A stretch of 62,896 nucleotides of DNA from Bacteroidia bacterium (GTDB lineage Bacteria > Bacteroidota > Bacteroidia > UKL13-3), in contig JAUCCO010000003.1 in NCBI GenBank assembly GCA_034676125.1, forward strand, positions 1 to 62,896, read 5' to 3'. Within the stretch, counting starts at the first letter, position 1. Every line of letters starts with the position of its first letter. Shown here in pieces: positions 49,206 to 59,158 of this stretch. A model generated the notes under the pieces. It made no database searches and was not told where the DNA came from. It worked only from the letters and a program-made list of their open reading frames with translations. The position numbers were made by a program, and so were the translations under genes.

Positions 49206-50612
49206 ATGACAACCCGAATTGAACACGACTTTCTTGGAGAAAAAGAAATAGAAAACACTAAATATTATGGTGTACAAACTTTGCGTGCACTCGAAAATTT
49301 TAACATTACTGGTTTAACCATTTCGCGTGAACCATTATTTATTAAAGCATTTGCACATGTAAAAAAAGCTGCTGCATTAGCAAACTTTGATTGCGGTGTG
49401 CTTACAAAAGAAATTACTGATGCCATTTGTTTTGCTTGCGATGAGTTGCTTACAGGAAAATATGACGACCAATTTGTAAGTGACCTAATACAAGGTGGAG
49501 CTGGTACTAGCTGTAACATGAATGCCAATGAGGTGATTGCCAATATTGGTTTAGAACACATGGGAAAAGCTAAAGGCGATTACGATTTTTTACATCCAAA
49601 TAATCATGTAAACTGCTCGCAAAGCACCAATGATGCCTACCCTACTGCTTTCCGTTTGGCTTTATACCACAAGATGGGCACTTATGTAGATGCTTTAAAG
49701 GTATTGCAAGATGCTTTTAGCCGCAAAGCTGTTGAGTTTAAAAGTGTAATAAAAATGGGCCGTACGCAATTACAAGATGCCGTGCCTATGACTTTGGGTG
49801 CTGAGTTTCATGGATGGGCAACTACCATTAATGAAGACATACAACGCATCACAGAAATGCAACAACTGTTACTGGAAGTTAATATGGGAGCTACGGCAAT
49901 TGGTACACGTATTAATGCGCCAGAAGGTTACCCAGAATTATGTGTAAAATACCTAGCCGAAATTAGTGGATTAAAAGTAAGTTTAGCTGAAGATTTAATT
50001 GAGGCAACAAGTGATACTGGAGCTTATGTATTGATAAGTGGCACATTAAAAAGAAGTGCAATTAAAATATCAAAAATTTGTAATGATTTACGTTTATTAA
50101 GCAGCGGACCTCGAACTGGGTTTAATGAAATAAATTTACCAAAACTGCAACCAGGTAGTAGTATTATGCCAGGCAAAGTAAACCCCGTAATGCCCGAAGT
50201 AGTAAACCAAACTGCCTATTACGTAATTGGTGCCGATGTTACCATTAGTATGGCTGCCGAAGCAGGCCAATTGCAGCTTAACGTAATGGAACCTGTTATT
50301 GCATTTAGTTTATTTACATCATTTACCTACATGGGTAATGCCATTTTAGGTTTGGTTGATAAGTGTATTATTGGCATTACTGCAAACGAAGAAGCTTGCA
50401 GAAATATGGTGATGAATAGCATTGGAATTATTACTGCACTAAACCCAATTTTAGGTTACGAAGCTTGCAGTGTAATTGCTAAAGAAGCATTAGAAACTGG
50501 TAAAAGTGTGCATGATATTGCAGTTACCGAAAAACAATTGATAACCCAACAAAAATGGGACGAAATATTTAACCTCGATAACTTAATTAACCCTAAGTTT
50601 ATTAATAAATAA
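49206..50612 (+). CDS. aspA: Aspartate ammonia-lyase
   Basis: YYGVQTLRALENF, QGGAGTSCNMNANE, QSTND, GRTQLQDA, GSSIMPGKVNP and GQLQLNVMEP. Confidence 0.93.
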   Translation: MTTRIEHDFLGEKEIENTKYYGVQTLRALENFNITGLTISREPLFIKAFAHVKKAAALANFDCGVLTKEITDAICFACDELLTGKYDDQFVSDLIQGGAGTSCNMNANEVIANIGLEHMGKAKGDYDFLHPNNHVNCSQSTNDAYPTAFRLALYHKMGTYVDALKVLQDAFSRKAVEFKSVIKMGRTQLQDAVPMTLGAEFHGWATTINEDIQRITEMQQLLLEVNMGATAIGTRINAPEGYPELCVKYLAEISGLKVSLAEDLIEATSDTGAYVLISGTLKRSAIKISKICNDLRLLSSGPRTGFNEINLPKLQPGSSIMPGKVNPVMPEVVNQTAYYVIGADVTISMAAEAGQLQLNVMEPVIAFSLFTSFTYMGNAILGLVDKCIIGITANEEACRNMVMNSIGIITALNPILGYEACSVIAKEALETGKSVHDIAVTEKQLITQQKWDEIFNLDNLINPKFINK

Positions 50613-50632
50613 AACGAATTTTATACCGCATA

Positions 50633-50669
50633 AAAAAGGCTGTTTTTAGAATATAAAAACAGCCTTTTT
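50633..50669. terminator. Bidirectional intrinsic terminator between aspA and the PepSY-like gene
   Basis: Perfect inverted repeat AAAAAGGCTGTTTTTA/TAAAAACAGCCTTTTT between convergent genes. Confidence 0.85.
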
Positions 50670-50692
50670 ATTTTTAAAATACGTTGGGTATG

Positions 50693-51142
50693 CTAGTCGG
50701 CTTTTTTGCTTAAAACATTGCCATCCGCATCAAACAATACTTTCCATTTTTCTGATAAAGTTTTTAGTTCTACTTTATAGGAAACCTTACCGCCTTCGGT
50801 AATTTTATCTACATCACTCGTTCTAAATCCATTGTAATCAGATTTTATTTTGTCTGAAACTTTTTGTGGCAATTCGGTTGAAGATATTTCTTCTTTGTGA
50901 CGGATTAATTTACCCATTTTATCATACCAAACTTCGTGATCTTGCCCAAGCAAACCAAGTTCAAACTCTACTTTAAACATTTCGCCATCCATCTCCCACT
51001 CCACATCAGACGCTTTAGGAAACTTTTGTTGAAAATTATTTACCACCACTGATGGAACTTGGCTTTGCGGAATATCACGTCCGTAAGCAGTGCCCAATGT
51101 TAAAAACAAAGCAAAAGCACCAATTAAAATTTTATTTTTCAT
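50693..51142 (-). CDS. Exported PepSY-like (BLIP-like) repeat protein
   Basis: Signal peptide; VPSVVVNNFQQKFPKASDVEW...FKVEF...WYDKMG, with a second repeat LPQKV...YKVEL...FDADG. I prefer the ATG at 51142 because a -7-like box overlaps 51167-51174. Confidence 0.88.
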   Translation of the reverse strand: MKNKILIGAFALFLTLGTAYGRDIPQSQVPSVVVNNFQQKFPKASDVEWEMDGEMFKVEFELGLLGQDHEVWYDKMGKLIRHKEEISSTELPQKVSDKIKSDYNGFRTSDVDKITEGGKVSYKVELKTLSEKWKVLFDADGNVLSKKAD

Positions 51143-51185
51143 ATTATTATTTATTAAATTTAAGTTCAAAGTTCATTCCAGATTC

Positions 51186-51203
51186 TGGAAAGAAATGGGA
51201 ATT
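51186..51203 (-). promoter_or_regulatory. Putative response-regulator operator, copy A
   Basis: TGGAAAGAAATGGGAATT on the plus strand, 11 nt from the -7-like box GAACTTTG. Confidence 0.7.
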
Positions 51204-51204
51204 T

Positions 51205-52008
51205 TTAAGGTAAGTAAATAATTCTAAAAAAAGAACTAAAACTATTGTTTGAAGCACATATAGGAATACCCGTAACAAACCCAATTGCAAGTTGATTACT
51301 AAGCCTAATTTTAGCTTGCGGGCGAACTGTTAATTCATAGCCATGCTGTCCTAATTCGTTATTAAACTCAACCCCAATAAAGTGTTTTGAATGTGGAATA
51401 TTATAATGAAATGAGGTGTTGATTTCCCAATTAGTGGTTAAATTTTGTTCAATAACCGAAGTAGCATAAACTAATGAGTGTAATTGGTTTCCCCAGCGTT
51501 TGGCAGCTACAAAAAATGGATTAAAAGTAAAATTGGTTAATAGGTTTTGTTTACCATAGTTTTTAAAATCTGTAAAGCCAATAACTTGGGTATAACCAAC
51601 TGCTAAAGTAGTTTGATATGTTGCAGATACAAAGAACGAATATTGAGCAGAAAGTCTTAATCCTTCTATCTTATTATTTAAGCTTTCAACTTCTTTAACA
51701 GTTCCATTATAAAAAGAAAAATCAACTTCTGCTTCTAACCCCAAGCGGTTAATTGGTGCAAATTCATACTCGGCTAATAAGTTGTATTTATTACAGTTGT
51801 TAATATTCGAAAAATTAGCCCCAAAATTAAATTCCTTTTCACCTTTAAGTGCACCTAAATCACGCACCAAATCATTATAAAGCGGCTCGGCATGTGATAC
51901 CTTAATGGGTTTATCAAAATTAATTTGTGCATTACTCTTTTCTATAACAGCTGTGGTTATTAAAGTAGATAAAACACCTTTATAAAAATAATTTTTTATC
52001 CAATTCAT
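51205..52008 (-). CDS. HAEPLYID-like family protein (probable outer-membrane beta-barrel)
   Basis: KVSHAEPLYNDLVRDLGALKGEKEFN, EYEFAPINRLGLEAE and amphipathic strands. Confidence 0.78.
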   Translation of the reverse strand: MNWIKNYFYKGVLSTLITTAVIEKSNAQINFDKPIKVSHAEPLYNDLVRDLGALKGEKEFNFGANFSNINNCNKYNLLAEYEFAPINRLGLEAEVDFSFYNGTVKEVESLNNKIEGLRLSAQYSFFVSATYQTTLAVGYTQVIGFTDFKNYGKQNLLTNFTFNPFFVAAKRWGNQLHSLVYATSVIEQNLTTNWEINTSFHYNIPHSKHFIGVEFNNELGQHGYELTVRPQAKIRLSNQLAIGFVTGIPICASNNSFSSFFRIIYLP

Positions 52009-52031
52009 ATAGCAAAATAACTACATGATAT

Positions 52032-52049
52032 TGGAATGATTTGGGAATA
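52032..52049 (-). promoter_or_regulatory. Putative response-regulator operator, copy B
   Basis: TGGAATGATTTGGGAATA, 11 nt from the -7-like box TTATTTTG. Confidence 0.7.
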
Positions 52050-52072
52050 ACGTTAGTTACCATTTAATAAAT

Positions 52073-53359
52073 TTAACAGTTATTAAATCGTAACTCAAAT
52101 TGGTGTTGGTTATTTACAAACTGATACGAAATGGTAAATCCATACAATACACAAATTGCTTTAACAATTGCTAAACCAAGGCCTGTGTTTGATTGTTCGT
52201 TGTTTGATTTATAAAACCGTGTAAAAATTTTATCAGCATTTAATGCTTCGTTTTTACCAGAGTTAGAAACTTTAATTACGTTTTCGGAAATATCAACCAA
52301 AACGAAACCATTATTAACATTATGAAAGATGGCATTTCTAAGCAAATTTGCTATAATAATATTTGCAAGTGCACTATCCATTTCTACAACCAATTCAAAC
52401 GATTGTTGCTTGTTTAATTTTACATGTTTAAATGCAGCTAAATCATACAAATCATCAAAATTATCATCAACAACTTTATTCATACTAATAGATTGATTAT
52501 CTAAAAACTGCTTATTTTCAATTTTAGTAAGTAACAACAACGATTTATTTAACCTAACCAATCGCTCAATAATATTCATAACTTCAACTATACTTTCTGC
52601 TTGGTTATCTGCTAAACCCTCATTTTCTAACAACAACTCAAGCTTGTTAATGGCAATAGCTAAAGGTGTTTGCAGCTCGTGCGAAGCATTTCCTATAAAT
52701 TGTTTTTGTTGATTGTAAGTTTCTAAATTGTGCCCTAACAATGTATTTACAGCAATTTGCAAATCAGTAAATTCTTTGGTTTTGGTTTTAACTTCGGGTA
52801 AGTTACTGTTACTTCCCACTCGGTAACTTTTTAGTTGTTGCAAAAAATCGTAAAAAGGTTTCCATAATCTTTGTAAAACAAGGTTATTAATTACAATAAT
52901 ACTTAGCAGTAAAATTAAATATAACCAAACGGCTTGCCAAAGTAATTCTGCAATCAAATCATCCTCTTCAACCATTGGGTTAATTATCTTTAATTTATAA
53001 TACCGCCCATTATTTTCAAAAGCAGTGGTAAGCATCCTTACTGGCTCCAGCTCTAACTCAATATCATCTGCATCTTGCATATAAATTAAGGTATCAATGC
53101 ACCTATCTTTAATGGTGATGGCCTCAGATTCCTCAATTGCTGTAATGGCAAAAAAACCTTCCTTAAAAGTGTGTTGGTTTAAAATAGAAGTATCCTTTTG
53201 GCTTTTATAAACTATTTGTCTTTTATAGTTTTCTAGGCCTTCATCAACACTTTCTTTTATCTCATTAAGCATGATAAAATAGAAAACCACCGTCCATAAA
53301 CTAATGATGAAGAATATTGAAACCGATAAATATTTTAATGATTGATTAAGTAGTTTCAT
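52073..53359 (-). CDS. Sensor histidine kinase (two TM helices, HisKA and HATPase)
   Basis: H-box NASHELQTPL, NLLRNAIFH, FTRFY and GLGLAIV; overlaps the response regulator stop by 4 bp. Confidence 0.93.
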   Translation of the reverse strand: MKLLNQSLKYLSVSIFFIISLWTVVFYFIMLNEIKESVDEGLENYKRQIVYKSQKDTSILNQHTFKEGFFAITAIEESEAITIKDRCIDTLIYMQDADDIELELEPVRMLTTAFENNGRYYKLKIINPMVEEDDLIAELLWQAVWLYLILLLSIIVINNLVLQRLWKPFYDFLQQLKSYRVGSNSNLPEVKTKTKEFTDLQIAVNTLLGHNLETYNQQKQFIGNASHELQTPLAIAINKLELLLENEGLADNQAESIVEVMNIIERLVRLNKSLLLLTKIENKQFLDNQSISMNKVVDDNFDDLYDLAAFKHVKLNKQQSFELVVEMDSALANIIIANLLRNAIFHNVNNGFVLVDISENVIKVSNSGKNEALNADKIFTRFYKSNNEQSNTGLGLAIVKAICVLYGFTISYQFVNNQHQFELRFNNC

Positions 53360-54033
53360 TTTTCAATTAACTTATAGCCTATTCCATAAACAGCTTCTAT
53401 CTCGATACCAGCATTTGCCGATTGTAATTTTTTACGAAGATTTTTTATTTGATAATATATAAAATCAAAATTATCTGCTTGATCAATATTGTCGCCCCAA
53501 ACGTGCTCTGCCAATGCACTTTTAGAAACCAACCGGTTTTGATTAAGCAAAAAATATTTTAACACATCAAACTCCTTTCTATTAAGCATTACATTTTGGC
53601 CATTAATTAACAATTGTCTTTCGTTTAAATCTAAACTAAGGTTAGCCACTTCAATGGTGTTTTTTCCACCTAACATTTTGCGTCTTAAAACCGCCTTTAC
53701 CCTAGCATTAAGCTCGGCAATATGAAATGGTTTTGTTAAGTAATCATCTGCTCCTAAATCCAATCCTTTAAGTTTATCATCAAGTGAATTTTTGGCCGAA
53801 ATAATAATCACATTATCCGATTTTTCTGATTGTTTTAATTCCTCTAAAAGTTCAAGCCCGTTGCCGTCTGGCAGCATAATATCCAATAAAATGCAATCAT
53901 AATCATACACCAATAGTTTTTCTCGAGCATCATCGATAGTACTGGCCGTTTCAATCACAAAATGTTCTTTTTTTAATGATTCAACCAGTGTATCCAATAA
54001 TTCTATTTCGTCTTCAACAATCAGCATTTTCAT
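53356..54033 (-). CDS. OmpR/PhoB family response regulator
   Basis: MKMLIVED, LDIMLPDGNG, GADDYLTKPF and winged helix ending VYGIGY. I prefer the ATG at 54033 over the TTG at 54051. Confidence 0.95.
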   Translation of the reverse strand: MKMLIVEDEIELLDTLVESLKKEHFVIETASTIDDAREKLLVYDYDCILLDIMLPDGNGLELLEELKQSEKSDNVIIISAKNSLDDKLKGLDLGADDYLTKPFHIAELNARVKAVLRRKMLGGKNTIEVANLSLDLNERQLLINGQNVMLNRKEFDVLKYFLLNQNRLVSKSALAEHVWGDNIDQADNFDFIYYQIKNLRKKLQSANAGIEIEAVYGIGYKLIEK

Positions 54034-54038
54034 AAGCA

Positions 54039-54076
54039 CAAATATAGCCAATCAATATGGGAACGAATTGGGAATT
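54039..54076 (-). promoter_or_regulatory. Promoter of the two-component operon: -7 box plus operator copy C
   Basis: Perfect -7 box TATATTTG (54039-54046) and GGGAACGAATTGGGAATT (54059-54076), 12 nt apart. Confidence 0.72.
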
Positions 54077-54358
54077 TAAACCTCTAATATCCTAAAATGA
54101 AATAAACACCTGTTACATTTTATCAAACGACATTTGTTTATTACGGATAATTTTAGCGCTTTTACTTTACATATAAATGCAATACAACAAAAAAAAACGC
54201 TTTAAAAATGGAGTGCTAAAGATGAAATTTAGTTAATTGCTGCATTTTAATATTAATGCCAATACCTATAATTTTATGGGTATTGTTACATTTGTACTAA
54301 TATTAAAAACTGAAACTATCTTTTAGTTTGTTTGATACAAAAACAACATAAGCTTGTT

Positions 54359-54724
54359 ATGGAAAAAAAAAAGAAGAAACTTATACATAAATTAAAAAAC
54401 AGGTACCGCATTGTTTTAATTAACGATACTACTTTTGAAGAGAAGTTTTCGTTGAGCTTAACACCTATGAATGTATTTGTTGGCTTTAGTAGTTTTTTGG
54501 TGTTTTTTACAATCATTATTTCGTTGCTAATAATTTTTACACCGCTACGCGAGTATATACCAGGCTATGCCGACCCAACCTTAAAATACAACCTAGCTAA
54601 AACACTTTACAAAACCGATTCGCTTGAAAAAGCTTTGTTTGATAAAGATGCTTACTACAAAAACTTAATGAATATTGTTACCGATAATATTCCTAAAGAT
54701 ACTGCGGTTTTAAAAACTAGGTAA
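54359..54724 (+). CDS. N-terminal portion of a Bacteroidota M23 peptidase family protein, lacking the catalytic domain (truncated or a natural short form)
   Basis: KLKNRYRIVLINDTTFEEKFSLSL..MNVFV, a TM helix and FTPLREYIPGY match the N-terminus of M23 proteins usually encoded next to bactofilin. The ORF stops with no HxxxD/HxH motif. Confidence 0.7.
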   Translation: MEKKKKKLIHKLKNRYRIVLINDTTFEEKFSLSLTPMNVFVGFSSFLVFFTIIISLLIIFTPLREYIPGYADPTLKYNLAKTLYKTDSLEKALFDKDAYYKNLMNIVTDNIPKDTAVLKTR

Positions 54725-54843
54725 TTATTTGTAATTGTAACATGTATTAAGTTGCTTTCTTTAAATACAAAATGCAACCAAAATTGTAATTTGCTTTACT
54801 TGTAAACGTGTGTTAAATTCCAACCTAAATTTATAAACCAAGC

Positions 54844-56439
54844 ATGAAAAACCTCTACTTTGTTATTCTTACCCTATTCTTATTTAACTATAACACTAAG
54901 GCCCAAAAAATAATATTAGAAGATAATGTTATAGAAATTAACTCTTTAGTGAAATTAGATAAAGATAAAGCAATAATATCTTGCAAAATATACAGTCCAT
55001 ACGCTATAGTGCAACCCAATGCACTAAAAATGTACACGGTAAATAACCTTACCAATTTTTCGTTAACACAAACTATTGATAATTTAGCACCAGATATTGT
55101 TTCATGGAGTCACCATGCCATATTTTTAAATAAGCCAGATACCATTACGGTTATTACCAATTATTTAAACACAACTGATACAACTGTAGGCTTAGCAGTA
55201 TTATTTTTAAATTACAATTTAAAGGTTATAAAAAAGCAATTTTACAAGTTTAATTTACCTTTTAAATACCCCGGTTTAAAAAACTCAGACATTGTTCCTT
55301 TTAATGTTAAAGCCAATGGCTCAAAAGGCTACTATGGCACAACTACCATTATTAACAGTAAAAATAATAGTTTATGGTCGATAGGTGCTCCTGTGGTTGA
55401 AGTACTTTTTGATTTGGATGAAAACTTAAACCTTAAGGTAATGAAAAACATTGTTTCAGACAGTGTAGAATTGGGTGATGATTTTTTTTTAAAAGCTTTT
55501 AATGTACTTGGTTTGATGAAAACCAAAAATGGTTACCGGTTGCAGGGCGAACATAGTTTAGCTTTTAACTTAGATTCAGTTTTTAATATAACCAATCATA
55601 CTTATACTCAACCATGGGAATCGAATTGGATGTTAGACGGATCAATAAGTTACCGCAAAACAAAATGGGGTTACCAATCAGTAGCCATACAACTAACCGA
55701 CTCTAGCAACATTAATAATTTTCCTGAAAGTGCAGTAATTAATAGGCTAAACTTACTGCGGTTGCGCAACTATGATAATAATGCCAACATACTTGATGAA
55801 CGTTTAATGCGGTTACCAAACCAAGCCGACTCGGCAGAGGTAAGAATATGGGAGAACAGCACGGTTATATATGAAAACAACTTACAACTTAGTAACCTAA
55901 ACCTAGAATCATTTAATACCAATAACAATGGCGAGGCTATTTATGGATATTACCCTATTATCAGATTGGGTGATTTAAGCTCGATAAGACGATATAGCTT
56001 AATACTTTTTGATAGCACACTTAACCTTAAAAATGCCAACACTTTTTATGAAGAAAGAACAACTTTAATAAACAGTATTTTGCTTGAAGACAATGGAAAT
56101 ATATGGGTAAGCGGTTATCACACAGGCACTATTCCAACAAAAAACTACTTGAGGCTTATTACCAAAGCAGCGTTTTATACGGGTTTGCCATCTTTTAAAA
56201 ATCAAGAAACTAAAATTAATATCTACCCAAACCCAGCAAGCAATTACATCAACACAAGCACATTGCCATTAAACAGCATTTTAAATATTTACGATTTATC
56301 GGGCAGGGTTTTAAAATCTACTACATCAACCCAAAACAATAACCTAAGTATTGTTGATTTAGAAACGGGTATTTACTTAATAGAACTAATAACCCCAAAC
56401 GGCAAAATAGCTAGAAGCAAATTTGTTGTTTCGCGGTAA
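54844..56439 (+). CDS. T9SS-secreted hypothetical protein
   Basis: Signal peptide ending TKA-Q; CTD INIYPNPASNYI...IYDLSGR...LETGIYLI...KFVV. Confidence 0.88.
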   Translation: MKNLYFVILTLFLFNYNTKAQKIILEDNVIEINSLVKLDKDKAIISCKIYSPYAIVQPNALKMYTVNNLTNFSLTQTIDNLAPDIVSWSHHAIFLNKPDTITVITNYLNTTDTTVGLAVLFLNYNLKVIKKQFYKFNLPFKYPGLKNSDIVPFNVKANGSKGYYGTTTIINSKNNSLWSIGAPVVEVLFDLDENLNLKVMKNIVSDSVELGDDFFLKAFNVLGLMKTKNGYRLQGEHSLAFNLDSVFNITNHTYTQPWESNWMLDGSISYRKTKWGYQSVAIQLTDSSNINNFPESAVINRLNLLRLRNYDNNANILDERLMRLPNQADSAEVRIWENSTVIYENNLQLSNLNLESFNTNNNGEAIYGYYPIIRLGDLSSIRRYSLILFDSTLNLKNANTFYEERTTLINSILLEDNGNIWVSGYHTGTIPTKNYLRLITKAAFYTGLPSFKNQETKINIYPNPASNYINTSTLPLNSILNIYDLSGRVLKSTTSTQNNNLSIVDLETGIYLIELITPNGKIARSKFVVSR

Positions 56440-56559
56440 ACAAGTAAAAATCATCCCAAAAAGTTGTGTTAAATTATATTTTGTGTAGTTTTGCCTGTAA
56501 TGTATTAATTACATTGTAAATACTATTTTTAATAATAAACTTGATTTAATATAAAATAA

Positions 56560-57003
56560 ATGGCAATATTTAATAACAACAAAAGCGTAAATACAGCTTT
56601 TAACCCCAATACACTAAACATTATTAATAGTGGCACCCAAATTAATGGTGATGTAAACTCTGATGGAGATATGCGTGTTGATGGGAATATTAAAGGTTTA
56701 TTGTCATCAAAAGCAAGGTTGGTTTTAGGCCCAACGGCTTTAATAGAAGGTGATGTAAAAGCAGCAAATATCGAAATATCGGGCGAGGTACAAGGTAATA
56801 TATATGCCACCGAACTTTTAACCATAAAAGCCACTGCAAAAATCTCGGGCGATATTATATCAAACAAGCTAATTATTGAAGCCGGTGCAGTGTTTAACGG
56901 AAACAGTAAAATGAACAAGCCAAAAGAGGCTTCGTTAAATAACAGCAACAATGGAGCAAAAAACCAACAAATCAACAAGCAGCCAGAAGCAATTGCTAAT
57001 TAA
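56560..57003 (+). CDS. Bactofilin (polymer-forming cytoskeletal protein, CcmA family)
   Basis: IINSGTQINGDV...MRVDG.IKG...IEGDV.A..IEISGEVQGNI...GDI...KLIIEAGAVFNG. Confidence 0.95.
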   Translation: MAIFNNNKSVNTAFNPNTLNIINSGTQINGDVNSDGDMRVDGNIKGLLSSKARLVLGPTALIEGDVKAANIEISGEVQGNIYATELLTIKATAKISGDIISNKLIIEAGAVFNGNSKMNKPKEASLNNSNNGAKNQQINKQPEAIAN

Positions 57004-57190
57004 GTACGCTAAGTACAGTGCAATTGCTTTTCAAATGGTGGGCGCATTTGTTGCCTTTTCGTTAGGTGGCAATTGGGTTGATAGCCATTATAACCTTAGT
57101 TTTCCTTACTTTACTTTATTGGGTGTATTAATTGCGCTAGTAAGTGTTTTTTACAGCATATTTAATTTAACAAAAGACAAGAGCGAATAA
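56951..57190 (+). CDS. AtpZ/AtpI family small membrane protein
   Basis: KYSAIAFQM...GNWVD...FTLLGV; two TM helices ahead of atpB. The start is uncertain (alternative TTG at 56993). Confidence 0.82.
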   Translation: MEQKTNKSTSSQKQLLIKYAKYSAIAFQMVGAFVAFSLGGNWVDSHYNLSFPYFTLLGVLIALVSVFYSIFNLTKDKSE

Positions 57191-57239
57191 TACAATTACC
57201 CATACCAAACACCATCTAATTTTTCCACATCAGCATTAA

Positions 57240-57626
57240 ATGACATTAATCAGGTTTTACATTTATTTAGCCTTATTAACCCTACTACAAATAGGTGTAG
57301 TTTTGTTAATTCCTAACCTTACCCCAACCAAAGATACCATAGAGGCCATTTTGTTTTTTGCTATTTTAACTGGTATAGTTTACCGCATAGCTAATTGGGG
57401 TACAGCACATAAAAGTCCACAGCATTTTTTAACGGCAACATATATTTCAATAGGATTACGATTTGTGTTGAGTCTTTTTTACGTACTTTATTACAAACTT
57501 ACCCGAACAGAATACGAGCTAGGATTTATTTTTTCGTTTTTCTTTAGCTATGTTTTTTACACAATATTTGAAATTACAAGCCTAACAACTAAATTGCGGC
57601 CCGATTACACAGGAAAAAAATCGTAA
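57240..57626 (+). CDS. ATP synthase protein I-like membrane protein
   Basis: Four predicted TM helices; lies directly before atpB. Confidence 0.7.
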   Translation: MTLIRFYIYLALLTLLQIGVVLLIPNLTPTKDTIEAILFFAILTGIVYRIANWGTAHKSPQHFLTATYISIGLRFVLSLFYVLYYKLTRTEYELGFIFSFFFSYVFYTIFEITSLTTKLRPDYTGKKS

Positions 57627-57627
57627 T

Positions 57628-58803
57628 ATGAACCCAATAACCGCAAGATTTTCAATTAATAAAGCAACTTATTTAAGTGTGTTTTTTGCAGCTTTTTTGT
57701 TTGTGTTTAACACTGCATCTGCTCAAAACCATCAAGATTCTACTACAACAGAAGAAACATCAATTGAAGTTTTAAGTGAAATAGCTACTGAAAATAACAA
57801 TTTACCTGATCATAAACTATTAACAAAAGAAGAAGAGTTTCAAACAAGTGAAGTTATTATGTCGCATATTGCTGATGCACACGATTGGCATTTATGGGGA
57901 CACACTTCCATCCATTTACCAGTAATTTTATATACCAATAAAGGTTTTGAAGTTTTTTCGTCAGGCAAATTCGACCACGGGCATGCAACACACCAAGGTG
58001 CACATTACAATTACCGCATTGTAAAAAATCCAGGCGGACACAGAGAACACATTAAAGCAGTAGATGCTTCAGGAAATATTGACGAAACAGCAACCGATTC
58101 TATCATCGATTTATCTATCACAAAAAATATTGCCTCTTTATTATTATCAGTAGCATTTTTATTAATACTATTTATTGGTATTGCTAATGGATACAAAAAA
58201 AGAGGTATAGGTGCACCAAAAGGTTTAGCATCTTGGTTAGAACCCGTTATTATGTTTGTACGTGATGACATTGCAAAACCAAATCTTGGCGAAAACTACC
58301 AGAAATTTATGCCTTACTTACTTACCGTATTTTTCTTTATTTGGATAAATAACGTATTGGGTTTAGTGCCATTTTTTCCGGGAGGAGCAAACGTTACAGG
58401 TAATATAGCAGTTACAATGGTATTGGCTGTAGTTACCTTTGTAATTACAACACTTAATGGTACAAAAACTTATTGGAGCCACGTATTTACACCACATGTG
58501 CCAAAATGGTTGTACCCATTATTAATTCCGGTTGAAATAATTGGATTATTTACCAAGCCATTTGCATTAATGATTCGTTTGTTCGCAAACATTACTGCTG
58601 GGCACATTTTAGTATTGAGTTTAATTTGTTTAATTTTTATATTTAAGTCGGTTTTAGTAGCTGGAGTATCGGTGCCATTTGTAGTATTTATTAGTGTAAT
58701 AGAATTACTAGTAGGATTTATACAGGCATTTATTTTCACTATTTTATCGGCTGTATATATTAGCATGGCTTTAGAAAAACCGCATGCTGAAGAACATCAT
58801 TAA
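57628..58803 (+). CDS. atpB: ATP synthase F0 subunit a (long N-terminal extension typical of Bacteroidota)
   Basis: IMSHIADAHDWH, ANVTGNI, KPFALMIRLFANITAGH and LQ-like FIQAFIF. Confidence 0.97.
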   Translation: MNPITARFSINKATYLSVFFAAFLFVFNTASAQNHQDSTTTEETSIEVLSEIATENNNLPDHKLLTKEEEFQTSEVIMSHIADAHDWHLWGHTSIHLPVILYTNKGFEVFSSGKFDHGHATHQGAHYNYRIVKNPGGHREHIKAVDASGNIDETATDSIIDLSITKNIASLLLSVAFLLILFIGIANGYKKRGIGAPKGLASWLEPVIMFVRDDIAKPNLGENYQKFMPYLLTVFFFIWINNVLGLVPFFPGGANVTGNIAVTMVLAVVTFVITTLNGTKTYWSHVFTPHVPKWLYPLLIPVEIIGLFTKPFALMIRLFANITAGHILVLSLICLIFIFKSVLVAGVSVPFVVFISVIELLVGFIQAFIFTILSAVYISMALEKPHAEEHH

Positions 58804-58845
58804 ACCATTTTTATTTAGAAACTTTTTTTTGTTAAACCACAATAA

Positions 58846-59067
<222 letters not shown>

Positions 59068-59078
59068 TTAATCACAGC

Positions 59079-59118
59079 AAAGCCCGATTGTAGGAAGAAA
59101 CTAATCGGGCTTTCTTTT
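59079..59118 (+). terminator. Internal hairpin (terminator or stabiliser) after atpE
   Basis: 11-bp stem AAAGCCCGATT/AATCGGGCTTT followed by a U-rich tail. Confidence 0.6.
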
Positions 59119-59158
59119 CCGTTTTAAAAACAACACAAAACAAAAAAATTATCAATTT

